Assembly (NCBI GenBank): GCA_951406725.2
Contig: OX597831.1
Coordinates: 4,526,001-4,590,000, forward strand
Length of the DNA: 64,000 nt
Direction: 5' to 3'
From: Octopus vulgaris
Lineage: Eukaryota
This document shows, piece after piece, positions 38,638 to 51,859 of the stretch. Under the pieces are notes generated by a model that saw only the letters and a list, made by a program, of their open reading frames with translations, did not search any database and was not told the origin of the DNA. The translations under genes were made by a program, and so were the position numbers. Every line of letters starts with the position of its first letter. The first letter of the stretch is position 1.

Positions 38638-39058
38638 ATTCGTGTTAGTACTTGGTCTGCAAGATGCTTGGTCTGTACTCGTATGCTGAAACAGGTCTTG
38701 ATTTATATCGGGTGGGTCATTATGCCAATAATAAACACACACACTAGTTGTGTTTCACTTCCTTACTGTTCGTCAAATGGTTAAATATTTAGCCAATTAA
38801 TTTATCGATTGCTTGATTATTCATTAGATTACTCAATCAGAAAGACATAAGGCTAACCTAAAATAGAGAGAGAGAGAGCATGTCAATGAAGAGGTCGTGA
38901 ACAGTGACGAAAGGACTTTAACAAACATAACTGACCAAGTGATTAAGCCAGTTATTAACCAAACAATTGATTAGGTGATTGTTTAAATAATTAATCAATT
39001 AACAAATAGTATAAAAGTGAAAATTAACCAGCGCATGTGTTTATTATAGTAATAATGA
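38638..39058. mobile_element. Foldback element family H with central HHR remnant
   Basis: Inverted arms; centre tgtca aUGAAGA ggtcg..gtgac GAAA ggac UU taaca at 38881-38923. Confidence 0.65.
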
Positions 39059-39064
39059 AGCGGA

Positions 39065-39395
39065 TTGCGTGGCAGAACTGTTACCGCGCTGGATAAAATG
39101 CTTAGCGACATTACCTCTGACACTTCACTTGCTGAGTTCAAATTCCACCGAGGAAGACTTTGCCTTTCAACCTTCCGTAGTCGATAAAATAGACACCAGT
39201 TTGAGCGCTCGGGTCAAGGTGATCGATTAAACTCCCGTCCTTAAATTTCAGGCGTTGCGCTTGTATAATAGAAAAGAGTGTTGCCATTATGGAACGCAGC
39301 GGGCTGGCCGGATTTTAAGCGACTCGGACAACATATTTAACGGAATTTCTTCTTGCTCTTTGCATTCTGGGTTCAAATTCCGCCAAGGTCATTTC
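39065..39395 (+). mobile_element. Degenerate SINE-B copies
   Basis: gagttcaaattccaccgagg...ctttgcctttcaaccttcc. Confidence 0.7.
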
Positions 39396-39497
39396 GGATG
39401 TATGTATGTGTATATAGATATTTATATTATGCACCCCATATATATATATATATCTACTCATAAGTTTTAAATAATTAAACTCATTTAAAACTTATGA

Positions 39498-39565
<68 letters not shown>

Positions 39566-39626
39566 TCGTAAGTTTTAAATAATTAAACTCAGAATGAACA
39601 TCGACGGGATGGCTACATTTGGAGCA

Positions 39627-39793
39627 AGCGCGATTTTAAAGCATGGGCGAACTGGACAGTTGTCTAGAGGCCTCACAGATCTCGGGGCCGTATTCTGGTC
39701 TGTGTATGCTGTATCTTGATGTAAAAATAATACTCTACGGGGCCCAGTGCATTGCTTTGCCCGGGGGTCTATAATGCTGCTCAGGACGCCCTA
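39627..39793. mobile_element. Degenerate hAT-like MITE
   Basis: Internal gggccc/gcccgggg subterminal motifs and a ...tataatgctgctcaggacgccct end. Confidence 0.4.
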
Positions 39794-40009
39794 ATTTGAA
39801 ACCCCTTACACCAGAGGTCAGTTCTATCATGAATGATTTAAGGTTAAATAGTAATTTTATTAATACTGCAAAGATTAGAATAAACGCTGCAAGAGTAACG
39901 TGTTGGTGACGTCATTGTTCGAACGGAGACGATGACGCTCGTAATTGATGGACTTTTAATGAACTCATTATAGAATTTTGATTAAACTTTAATATAAGGA
40001 GAGCGTTGA

Positions 40010-40510
40010 GGGCGGTGTTAGCTGTGGTGGTGGAGGTGGTGGTGGTGGTGGTAGTTAATGTTGGCTGATAGTAATTATTGGTTGATGGTCGTTGGTTGAA
40101 GTTTGGTATTGGTTGATGACACTGGTGTTAGTAATAGCGACAGTGTTGGTGACGAAGGTGGTGGTGGTAGTGGTGGTGGTGGTGGTGGTGGTGGAGTTGT
40201 TGCTAGAGATGGAATTAGTAGCGAAGGTGGTGGCGGTAGTGGTGGTGGCGGCGGCGGCGGCGGTGGTGGTGCTAATTTTAGCACTGCTGGAGTAGGTAGC
40301 GCTGGTGTTACTGGTGAAAGTGGTGTTGGCGGTGTCGGTGTCGGTGTTGCTGGTGATAGTATCGATGGTATTGGTGTTTGTTGGTATCGGTGTTGGTGGC
40401 GATGGTGTTAGTGGCAAGTGGTACGGGTGGTGATGGTGTTGGCGGCGGTGGTGCCGGTGTCGATCTTGGCTGATAGTGGTGTTAGTGGCGACACCACTAA
40501 TGGGGTTGCG
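40010..40510. repeat. (GGT)n-derived low-complexity tract
   Basis: Directly visible. Confidence 0.85.
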
Positions 40511-40973
40511 GTTAGATGGATGAAACCGATGGCGTTGGTTAGTTCTCTACTGCGACTGCTCAGTAACATTTTCGTTTGATGACGTTTACAAGATGTCTGC
40601 ACTTAGAAAAAGTTTTCTTAGTGTTCTTGAATAATGGGAAATGGTGGTGGAGGGCGGGTGTTGTGGGCGGGGGGGGGGGGAGCAGCAAGACGTCGGACAT
40701 GGTCTTTGGTCAGTTTGACTGTGGGCGTTGTTAACTAGCTTAATTTGGGGCGGTTTGCAGGAAAAATCATCCAGGAGGCTTCATCATAAATTTTTGGCCA
40801 CTGAATGGACAGTGAATGGCTGGAATGCAGTATCGATTTCAAATTTGTTTTGAAGTTGCGGAACAAAAACCGCTACTGTTGATTTACAACAAACATGCTG
40901 TTAAACTGGAAATAACACTTTTAAATATTAATTAATTATAATATTGGGCAATTAATAAACTGGTTTGTAATCT

Positions 40974-41018
<45 letters not shown>

Positions 41019-41116
41019 TGCGAAACGAAACTAAACAAGATAATATCTTTTGAAAAAAAAATTATGAAAAGAAGACTTTCAGTACAAATACAGCAATAAA
41101 GATATGCTGCTGTTGC

Positions 41117-41180
<64 letters not shown>

Positions 41181-41339
41181 GCCCACCTCCTCATTTTTCT
41201 TCTACTCCTCCTCATTATTAACAACAATTTCCAGCAAATGTATCACTCATTCTGCAATAATCCCCCTCTTTCCCCCACCACACACATATATATGCATATA
41301 CATGCTTACATATATGTAATTACACACACACACACACAC

Positions 41340-41393
<54 letters not shown>

Positions 41394-41440
41394 ATATATG
41401 TATGTCTATATATGTATATATCTATGTATATATGTATATG

Positions 41441-41507
<67 letters not shown>

Positions 41508-41774
41508 GTACATAAATAATATACACATACAAGTATATTGCCTTCTCACACCCGCGTAAACAGACACATACAGACGCATGCACATTCGCACACATACACG
41601 TATATGTATGATATATATATATGTGTGTGTGTGTTTGTGTGTGTGTGTCTGTGTGTGTGCATATATATATGCAGCTATATACACATATAGATACAGTTCT
41701 ATTATATACATAATCATAAAAAGTTATATGGACTTATAAAACAGATGCATCTTACATATATATGCATACACTCT

Positions 41775-41814
<40 letters not shown>

Positions 41815-42333
41815 TATATTAACATACAGGCACTCAGCCATGCACACACGTACACAATAAAACATGCATGGATATATGTAGTTGAAGAACCAAATAAACA
41901 ATCCAGTCACTGGTTCGTTACCGGCTCGAGCTAACTGTTCATGGAAAAGACATTTGACACAAAATGACGGATCTCTGGCACAGCTCACTTCGCAACTGAA
42001 ATAGAAATGAGAGATGCTTTGTCTCTTCAAATACTGCAGGAACGTCTCAGGGGTTTTGCAAGCTCTTGTAAGTCCATTGCAATGCGGGGAACCCTTCTGT
42101 ATCATCAGCATGTGTCTTCGGGTCACAAACGTTTGATTCCTTAGCCTATGTCAGTACTTGTAGAAACACCGGGTTGACTTCATATCTGCCTCACACATTT
42201 CGTTATTCATACATACATACATGCATGCATATATACGTAATACATATATACATACATACATACATACATACATTCATACATGCATACATACATGTATGTA
42301 TGTGTATGTGTTTGTGTTCCTACATAGGTACAT

Positions 42334-42396
<63 letters not shown>

Positions 42397-42630
42397 GGAG
42401 GTTATGAGAGGTAATGGTGTCAGTAAGACCAAATAATGGATCTATAAATGCAATATCCCTACATATCTCACATCTATTTTCATTCCTCCGCTTCACTCTC
42501 TATTTCTCGCACTGCTTCCGATGAAGGGATATAATAAATATCCTGGAAACAGCTGTAAGACCTATTTATAAATGTTCTAAAATCTTCACAACATTGGGTT
42601 TTTTTTTTTATCTCACTCTGAAAAAAAATT
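42397..42630 (+). mobile_element. PLE pLTR-like fragment with degenerate HHR
   Basis: CcGAUGA 42518-42524, stem II ggatat/atatcc, GAAA 42546-42549, palindrome cagctg, UA. Confidence 0.6.
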
Positions 42631-42631
42631 A

Positions 42632-42666
<35 letters not shown>

Positions 42667-42724
42667 CGAAAGACATCAATGACATTGCATTATATATATG
42701 TCTATTTCGTTAGTCTCTACCTTT

Positions 42725-42865
42725 TAAGGTCAAATTTCACCGAGGTAGACTTTGCCTTTCATCCTTTCGGGGTCGATTAAGTACCAGTTGAGTACTGGGT
42801 TTGATCTAATCGACTGGCTACCTCCCCCAAAATTTCGGGCCTTCTACCTAGGGTAGAAAAGATTA
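42725..42865 (+). mobile_element. SINE-B 3' fragment
   Basis: Nin-like domain. Confidence 0.8.
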
Positions 42866-42917
42866 TATATATAATGTCAAATACGTGGATGATTTACTAT
42901 TAAATACGTAAACGAAG

Positions 42918-42948
<31 letters not shown>

Positions 42949-43097
42949 TGTATGTCTGTATGTATGTATGTATGTATGTATGTATGTATGTATGTATGTA
43001 TGTATGTATGTATGCATGCATGTATGCATGTATGTATGTATGTATGTATGTATATATGTATGTGTTTGTACATTTTATAAATGTATATACATATGAA

Positions 43098-43320
43098 ATT
43101 AGTGTACACTTAAATACAAAAGAGACGACCGTTAATTGGCAGCCTTACATGCTAGGAGGAGCACTAAAAACGTCCAAACCACATTTAAGAGAAATTTCGA
43201 AGGGAATGAAAAATAAAAACGTTTACCTTGTTTTTTTACAGCCATACGTAGATTTCGAACTCTAATTAGCAAATAAGATAGTTTGCTAGGCGAAGTTCTC
43301 ATCAGTGGTTACGCCAAAAC
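43098..43320 (-). mobile_element. Short HHR-bearing repeat with intact catalytic core
   Basis: Minus strand: cca CUGAUGA gaactt...agagttc GAAA tctacg UA tgg (43242-43308); homologue of 29742-29957. Confidence 0.7.
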
Positions 43321-43437
43321 AATTAACATATAATTTAGAGACAGAATAACACAGTTTCAGTCGGCAGCAATTGAAAAAATGCCGAATTAAATTCAGATAT
43401 TACTAAATTAGGTATATACATATGTATAGATATATGC

Positions 43438-43486
<49 letters not shown>

Positions 43487-43487
43487 C

Positions 43488-43609
<122 letters not shown>

Positions 43610-43714
43610 CTCTATCTGTCTGTCTATCTATCTATCTGTCTGTCTATCTGTCTGTCTATCTGTCTGTCTACCTATTCATTTGTACACGCACGCATACACA
43701 CACATATATACACA

Positions 43715-43812
43715 CGACGGGTTGCTGAAAAGTACGTGGCTTTAAGGGTGCCGCTAAAGGCCTGGTTGGCGGCTCAAAATTCCAAGTTGTTTTGACAGGA
43801 CTTAGAAAAACT
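43715..43812 (+). mobile_element. Mariner MITE left part
   Basis: cgacgggttgctgaaaagtacgtgg TIR-like; body shared with 56451-56617. Confidence 0.6.
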
Positions 43813-44127
43813 AAAATTGTATATACTTTAGTATATACATATGAATTTCAAGATTCTCATACTAAAGTATATACAATTTTCACTTTTCTAAACTAACTAT
43901 ATGAACTATACTGGGAATGCAAGATAATATGACGGATTTTAAGTATGAATATTATGGATTACTGCAGTAGAATAACCAAGGAAATATATATGGATTTAAA
44001 GACTCTCATAAAAAGTAGTAATTTTTAATTTTTATTTTATAATATCAAACAAACACCATTTTACAATTTTACTTCAAATTTTTAAAACAATTATCATTCG
44101 ATATATTATACAATATTCATATTTTAT

Positions 44128-44217
44128 ATCTCTGAAGAGCAGAAGAGTTGTCTATAAATGCTTATCAATATAGGATTTCATTATAGGGACAACACTTCCG
44201 CGAAACGATCGTAAGAT
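44128..44217 (+). ncRNA. Type-I hammerhead ribozyme, apparently intact
   Basis: atct CUGAAGA(44132-44138) gcagaagagttgtc...gacaacacttccgc GAAA(44202-44205) cgatcg UA agat; predicted cleavage after 44213. Confidence 0.8.
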
Positions 44218-44404
44218 GCTTTAAATAATTAATTCAAAACTTTTAAAATATAAAATTTATTTTATACATTATATTTATATTTTTATATTTATTTATATAT
44301 ATTTTTAATACAATAAGTTCTTTCACACGGGTATATCTTTATGATGAGTTTGAATATTAATTTCCTTATATCAATAATAATAATATATTATTAAAAATAT
44401 ATGT

Positions 44405-44585
44405 ATAATTAAATACATAATAAAGGAAGACGAAATCATGCAATGAGCTTCATTAGCTAACAACTGTTTCTGCAATAAGTTACTGTATGCTCAGGGCTGA
44501 AACAGCCGTAAGCTTATAGCAGAAACAGCCATAGACTAGTGAAGTTCATTGGATAATAACCTGTTCCTTCGTCATTTATTTAATC
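44405..44585. repeat. Imperfect foldback element
   Basis: aatgagcttcattag / ctagtgaagttcatt and ctgtttctgc / gcagaaacag arms. Confidence 0.6.
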
Positions 44586-44734
44586 TCATGCTACGCTCTG
44601 TACTAGACTAATGCTTTACTCTCAAGCATTTGTGTATCGAGTTCCAGCACCAGGCTTTTAGTACTGCTATGCTTTAGACAAACTTTAAAATACACGTATG
44701 TAAGTCTTCTTTTACTGTATATGTATATATATAT

Positions 44735-44792
<58 letters not shown>

Positions 44793-44823
44793 GCATGTAT
44801 ATTTATATGTATAGATATATGTA

Positions 44824-44914
<91 letters not shown>

Positions 44915-45329
44915 GTAAATGTAATATGTGACAGTTATTCGGTAGCAAAGATAAAACTCCGAGTTTCGGATGCCGAGGTGCAAATCCACGCCGCCATACC
45001 TTCAGTTATCTGGCCATCGGAAAAACGCTAAGAATAATTACCGTTATACAAAGGGAAATTACTGTGTTATTGATTGCTATTAAGACAAAAGATCTATTCG
45101 AATGATCGCTAAGTCATACACGTATATATATATGTATGTATGTATAAATGGTGTTGATGTTGTGGTGTATGTATGTTTGTGATTTTATTGTGGTTGTTTT
45201 TATTGAACCCTATGTTGACCGGAATAGAGAAGACCAATGATGAAAAGGGTTCTGTTGTGACCATGCCGTGTTATTCGTATGACCAATGGACACAGGAGTC
45301 TGCGTATGTAAAATGTGTGCGTAATGTAT

Positions 45330-45377
<48 letters not shown>

Positions 45378-45632
45378 ATGTGTGCTGTGTGTACGTGTTT
45401 GTATGTGTGTGCGTAGCGTTGATCGTTGCTGTTGTTTTATTACAATCATGAGCAACGGAAAACGAAATTGTCAACCCGGTTTCCCTCAACATCTGCGCAT
45501 GCCCATCCTGGCAAGAGAGACATGGAGGGACTGAACCCAGACCTTCAAGTCTGTGGGAATACTAATAGAGAAAGAGACAGAAGAAGAGAGAATGAGAGAG
45601 AGAGAGAGGTGGAGAGAGAGATATGGAGAGAA

Positions 45633-45679
<47 letters not shown>

Positions 45680-46602
45680 ATAAAGAGAGACTGTGTTATT
45701 TATATTTTTGCCATTGCTTACTTGAGTTAGTTCCCTTTGCTAATCTTTCGTAACGTGAGGCTGGAGGTGAGCAATGACATTATTGAGGAAAGAATTTAAG
45801 ATGAAACAGGGACGTGAGATGATTCCGATGGAGGAAGGAATACGGCGAACGAAAGAACAGAGAGAAAGAGAGAGGGAAGGGGGAGGATTGATGAGGTATT
45901 TGGGGAGGGTGGGTGTCAGGAACAGTTAGTGTGGTGAAGGAATGCAGGAGTTAAAGTGATGGTGGGAGGGAAAAGCTAAGAACAATATAAATTGGTGACA
46001 GTAGGAGGAATAGGAGAAAGAAAGGAGCCAAATTTAATGAGACGTGGTGGGAGGAGCCAATTAAAGAACACAGCCAAGAAAGAGCGAGGGGGAAATAGAA
46101 AGGGAAGGGTTCACACACACACACACACACACACACAAGAACACACACACACACACACACTCACACACACATATATATAAATACATGAATACATACATTT
46201 AAGTGCACACCCATACACTCATATGTACACAGATACACACACACATACACACACGCACAAGAACACACACACACATATATATAAATACATGAACACATAC
46301 ATTTAAGTGCACACACATACACTCATATGTAAGCAGATACACACATACACATGTAATATATATATTTGTGTGTGTGTGTGTGTCTGTATGTGTGTGTGTG
46401 TGTGTGTGTGTACACAAACTTGCATGTTTCTATATGTATCGACGCATGTATTCAAATATATAAGTATTTTTTCTATAAATATAAAGGCTGAGTCGTACGC
46501 GTATACATAAACGCACATTCACGATCACATAATACACACACATACACACACACACGCACGTACGCATACATACATACATTCATATATATATATATATACA
46601 TA

Positions 46603-46639
<37 letters not shown>

Positions 46640-46787
46640 AGATGCTCTCGCACTTATACATACATATATACATACATATACAAACGCATATATACATAAG
46701 TCGTGTGTAGATATATGTATTTTGTACGTATATGTAGATATGTACGTGTGTGTGCGTGTGCGTGTATATATATATGTATATATATAT

Positions 46788-46828
<41 letters not shown>

Positions 46829-47046
46829 CTTTTATAGATTTGCAAAAATATGTATATATGCATGCATATGTATATGTACATACAAGCACACTCATGTGTA
46901 TGTGTGTGTGTGGGTGTGAGTGTGTGTGCATAGTTACTTTAGAATTAGACACGCATTCGCCAAAATTGAAAAACAATATCTATACTCACATACATACACA
47001 CACACATTTATACACACACATATATGTATTTGCCGATATTCATCTG

Positions 47047-47151
<105 letters not shown>

Positions 47152-47636
47152 GCATATGTATGTTTGAAGAAAATGGTTGTATATATATGAAGAAAAGATT
47201 TGTAATATATATTAGATAGAGAGAAATCTTGCAATATTTTATTGGATAAAATGTCATTTGAACCTACATCATCGTTATCATCTCGTCCAGCCATCCCTCG
47301 CCACATTGTTCCAACGAATCGCTTTGGCAGGAAAGGTCAAGGGTTGTTAATTTCAATTACACATTCACTTGACACGATTACAGGATTATACCGTAAACTT
47401 TTCATTCGATTACCTCCCTTTATTATTTTCCGCTCACCATTTGACTTTTCCTCTCTTTCTCTCTCTACCTCACTTTGTTTCTCTCTTTCTCTCTCTTTCC
47501 TTGTTTTTCTCTTCGTTTGTATGTATATATGTATGTATGTATGTGTTAGTGTGTATATTTATACAAATATGCATGCATACATACATATATTAATATATGT
47601 GCATGTATACATACTTCCTTATACATAACCATTAGG

Positions 47637-47683
<47 letters not shown>

Positions 47684-47804
47684 ATGTGTGTGTGTGTGTG
47701 TATATGTATATTTACAGAGGTACACACATATATATATATAGAGATGTATATATTTGTACAAATATATTTAAATACATATAAATGTATGTGCATATATATA
47801 TCTG

Positions 47805-47867
<63 letters not shown>

Positions 47868-48080
47868 GCATATTTCTACATATACTCGCATACTTCCTAC
47901 TCATCTCCATGATTACATATATATGTTTGAATATAAATATATGTGTGTATATACATATATACATATGTATATTTAAACACACATCTCAAATGTATATTTC
48001 ATTATAAATACATATATGTACGTATGTATGTATGTATGTATGTATGTGCGTGTATATATATGTATGTATGCATGTATGTA

Positions 48081-48196
<116 letters not shown>

Positions 48197-49105
48197 GTAT
48201 GTACGTATGTATATATTTACGTACATATATATGAATGTATATAATACATCTTTTCTGTTTCCATGGCTTTTTCTTCTTCGTTGCGTTTTTGGCAAATTCC
48301 TCACTTTTTGAGGGACGTCCTCCTCCTCTCACTTCTCAGCTGTCGTATCATCCCTCACGCGCTTTCTCCCTCTCTCTTTCCTCCCCTTCTCTCTCACCAT
48401 GAAGCCTTCCAATCTCACACTCTCCCAAAATATTAATAACCACACGCTGTCTCTTTCTACCTTTCTTTCTCTTTCTACCCCTGTCTGTCTATCAGTCTGT
48501 CTATCGGCCTGCTTGTTTGCCTCTTTCTCTCTCCCTCTCTCTTTCCCTCCCTCTCTCCCTCTCTCTCTCCCTCTCTCCCTCTCTCTCTCCCTCTCTCTCT
48601 CTCTCTTACTTACTTGAGGAGTCTGTATTATTTTCTCTATCAATCATCTATCACCCTATCATTTCCACCCCCTTTCACTGTTCCGCTATCTTCCAAAGTC
48701 TTTTTCTCTCTTCCTTACTCTCCTGCTCTCTTTCTTTCTTCCTCACTCTTCTCGCTCTCCCACGCTTCCACTCTCTCTTTCTCCAACTCACCTTCTCACA
48801 AGCTCCCATCTTCCAATCAGTCGCCTCTTTCTCTCTCTCTCCTTCTCTCTCTGTTTTACATTTTCCTTAGCCTTTCTTCCATTCTCTTTCTCTCGCTGTT
48901 ATCGTCTCCGCCTATCACAGAGTCCTCTCTTAGACACCAACCGATTCCTCTTCTTTTCTGTTGCCAATCACATATCTTATTGATCCAATATGCTACAAAC
49001 TAATATCACCGAACAAATATCGATCTCATATGTTTTTACTTTATGAAATGTTACTCTTTTCTCCAACAAACGCGCAAAAATTTGTGTGCATCTATGTATG
49101 TATGC

Positions 49106-49138
<33 letters not shown>

Positions 49139-50088
49139 TGTATGTATGTATGTATGTATGTATGTATGTATGTATGTATGCATGTATGCATTGAGACTAG
49201 CCGTAACGCATGTTCCAGATCCCTATACGATGGGGACACCTAGATTTTATTCTAAGTTGCCCTCTATCTGCCTTGGGAATTCGACTGTATCACCACCCAT
49301 TCATATCGATTTTCCCACAACTAAACACTTTTCCCTTCCTCTCATCGAATATCCCTTTACATCATTGCTTCAGCGCAACATCCATGGGCATTTTTAATCC
49401 CTTCATCCGATACCAACCCTTTTTTAAAATCTTTTCTATTCAGACCTCTCCTCTTTTAAGCGCATCTGCAATCTCCTCGGCTCCAATAAAAAAAAAACTG
49501 AACTTTCTTTTGCTTATCAACCAAATACTTGTTCTTTTCTGACGAATATCACGAAAGCTACCGGTTTTAACAATAACTTTTCCGTATTTATGCTGCAGAT
49601 GAGATTATACCGGGCAAACGAACAGGAGATTAGCCAACGGATTCTCGGAGAAACTTTGAGACATTGTCCGTATTTTTCGCTCAGGGAATATAACACCTGC
49701 AAATCTTTATTTTCGATCTGGCTTGCATGGCAGAATCCTGATATCGCGCCTCCGAGGAGATCAGAACTTACATTCCTTCTTGGAACTTTCTAATCCAACT
49801 GATTAAATTTCAAACTGATTTTTCTTTAACAGACTTTTTCAAATATTCTATAATCACACTCTCCATCAAATCCACGTTGCTCACACAGACACACGAAACA
49901 ATCTCAATTTAACTATTACACACATCAACATACACATACACACACACACACACACATCTATTGACACATAAGTAAGCAATCACACACTTTTTGATATTTC
50001 AATCGCGCATAAAATAAACGTCGTCACAATTAATCAAACAATATATGTATTCGTCTATTGCCGACACAGCTTCATAGAAACATCAGAT

Positions 50089-50225
<137 letters not shown>

Positions 50226-50264
50226 TACATATATGTGCGTGTGTAAATAAAAGATATGGAGGAG

Positions 50265-50395
50265 GTACTACAGCTGTTTCAAGTACTACAGCTGTTTCGA
50301 GTACTATAGTTGTTTCAAAAGCAAATCGAGTGCATCTTACGTAATATTAAGACCGTGTTGTAGTCGTCCGGTGTGCTCTTTCATCATATACGTAC
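50265..50395 (-). repeat. Degenerate HHR with a triplicated 18-bp cleavage module
   Basis: gtactacagctgtttc at 50265, 50283 and 50301; minus strand gtat aUGAUGA aagagc...gctttt GAAA. Confidence 0.55.
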
Positions 50396-50691
50396 GATTG
50401 TGTAGGTGAACATATTCTGCTGTAAAGGAGATCGGCGAATTGAGGTTCTGGCTATGATTAGAGCACTCGCAGCATCTTTTTTTCTCGACACAGCTAACTT
50501 ATTACTTATGTTACTCTAAGTGTCATATCACATATCGTAACTCTTGCTATTTACCTTTAAATGTTTCGTTTTTCTTTATGCTTAACGACATCAAACGTAC
50601 GTATATATGCGTGTGTGGGTTTGTTTGTTTTTTTTGAGCGTATGAATTTATGCCTCTATACCTATACATGTAACTTTGTTTATATGTTTTA

Positions 50692-51090
50692 CTAGCAGTA
50701 TCGCCCGGCGTTGCTCGGGTTTGTAAGGGAGATAACTATATAAGCATTTTTAGAGATGTAAATTATAATAGCCATCTCAATATGGCTAACCTCAAAGGGG
50801 GGGGTGTTACTGTAGCTTTTTACGTTCTGAGATTTAATAATACATTTTTAGAGAGTTACCTCCCTTATATAATAGCAAAAAAAAATGCATTAAAAATGGG
50901 GGAAAATGATGGAAAATTTTTTTTTAAATCGTAGACTCATCGTAGACGCGCACTAATACCCAGAAGGGCTCGATATGAATCACGACTATAAGATACCCGC
51001 TTTTGGTTACACTGCACCGCAAAATGTGGGAGTAGTTAGGAATCTAAATCGTAGGAGACAGACACACAAATTCACTTTTATATATAAAGA
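50692..51090 (-). mobile_element. Non-autonomous Helitron
   Basis: Minus strand A|TCtttatata ... cccgagcaacgccgggcgatactgCTAG|T. Confidence 0.85.
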
Positions 51091-51198
51091 TTTCAGATAT
51101 TTTTCTGGTACGATTTCTTACTTTTACCATTCCGCTTAATTAACTTCCAGCGTACGCCTACATGTATGTGAGTTCTCTTTTAATATTGTACAATGGTA

Positions 51199-51404
51199 AG
51201 GCGGCGAGCTGGCAGAAACGTTAGAACCCCGGGCGAAATGCCTAGCGGTATTTCGTCTGTCTTTACGTTCAAATTCTGCCGAGGTCGACTTCGCGTTTCA
51301 TCGCTTCGCGATCGATAAATTAGGTACCAGTTGCGTCCTGGGGTCGATCTAATCGACTGGCGACCTCCCCCAAAATTTCGAGCATTGTGCCAAGAGTAGA
51401 AAAG
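51199..51404 (+). mobile_element. SINE-B, full length with degenerate 17-bp TSD
   Basis: aatattgtacaatggta 51182-51198 versus aatattgtacgatagta 51405-51421. Confidence 0.9.
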
Positions 51405-51859
51405 AATATTGTACGATAGTATTCGTATGATTCTATTCGCGTACGTCTACGGGATATTTTGTGCGTATATGTGTGTGCGGTGGTGGCTGCCGTATTCAAG
51501 TCTGTATACATACAAGTAACTTAGTACTTACACATTTGTCCTTATTTTTTCTTTTCCTTTTCATCTCCCTCTTTATTCCTGTTCCTTGTTTCCTGCCTAA
51601 GAGCTTTTATTTCTAATCTATCCTAAGCAATAAACCCCCTAGCAGCTACCCATTATTGACGCCACGTATGCATTAATGTGCTTATAATCTACTACAGCCG
51701 CTATAGTAATTTGAATATGTCGATAACGAAATGAAATCACACCCTTATCTACCTCGCTAAGGTAGACGATGAGTATGGTACGCCTCTGGTTCTTTACAAT
51801 CTCCACTCCCACTTTTTTATTCTTTCTGCTAACCCGGCTTTCTTTTGTAATCTTCATTA

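Noticed and set aside
40103-40411. Gly-rich ORF resembling a structural protein
   Set aside because: Derived from degenerate (GGT)n, open in several frames, no signal peptide or clear splice sites
42035-42112. Minus-strand CUGAUGA...GAGAcgtUC hammerhead-like pattern
   Set aside because: Core mismatch and no convincing stem I
49200-49800. Complex non-microsatellite segment with short ORFs
   Set aside because: No motif I can assign; it may be a decayed LINE ORF1 but needs a tBLASTx or HMM search
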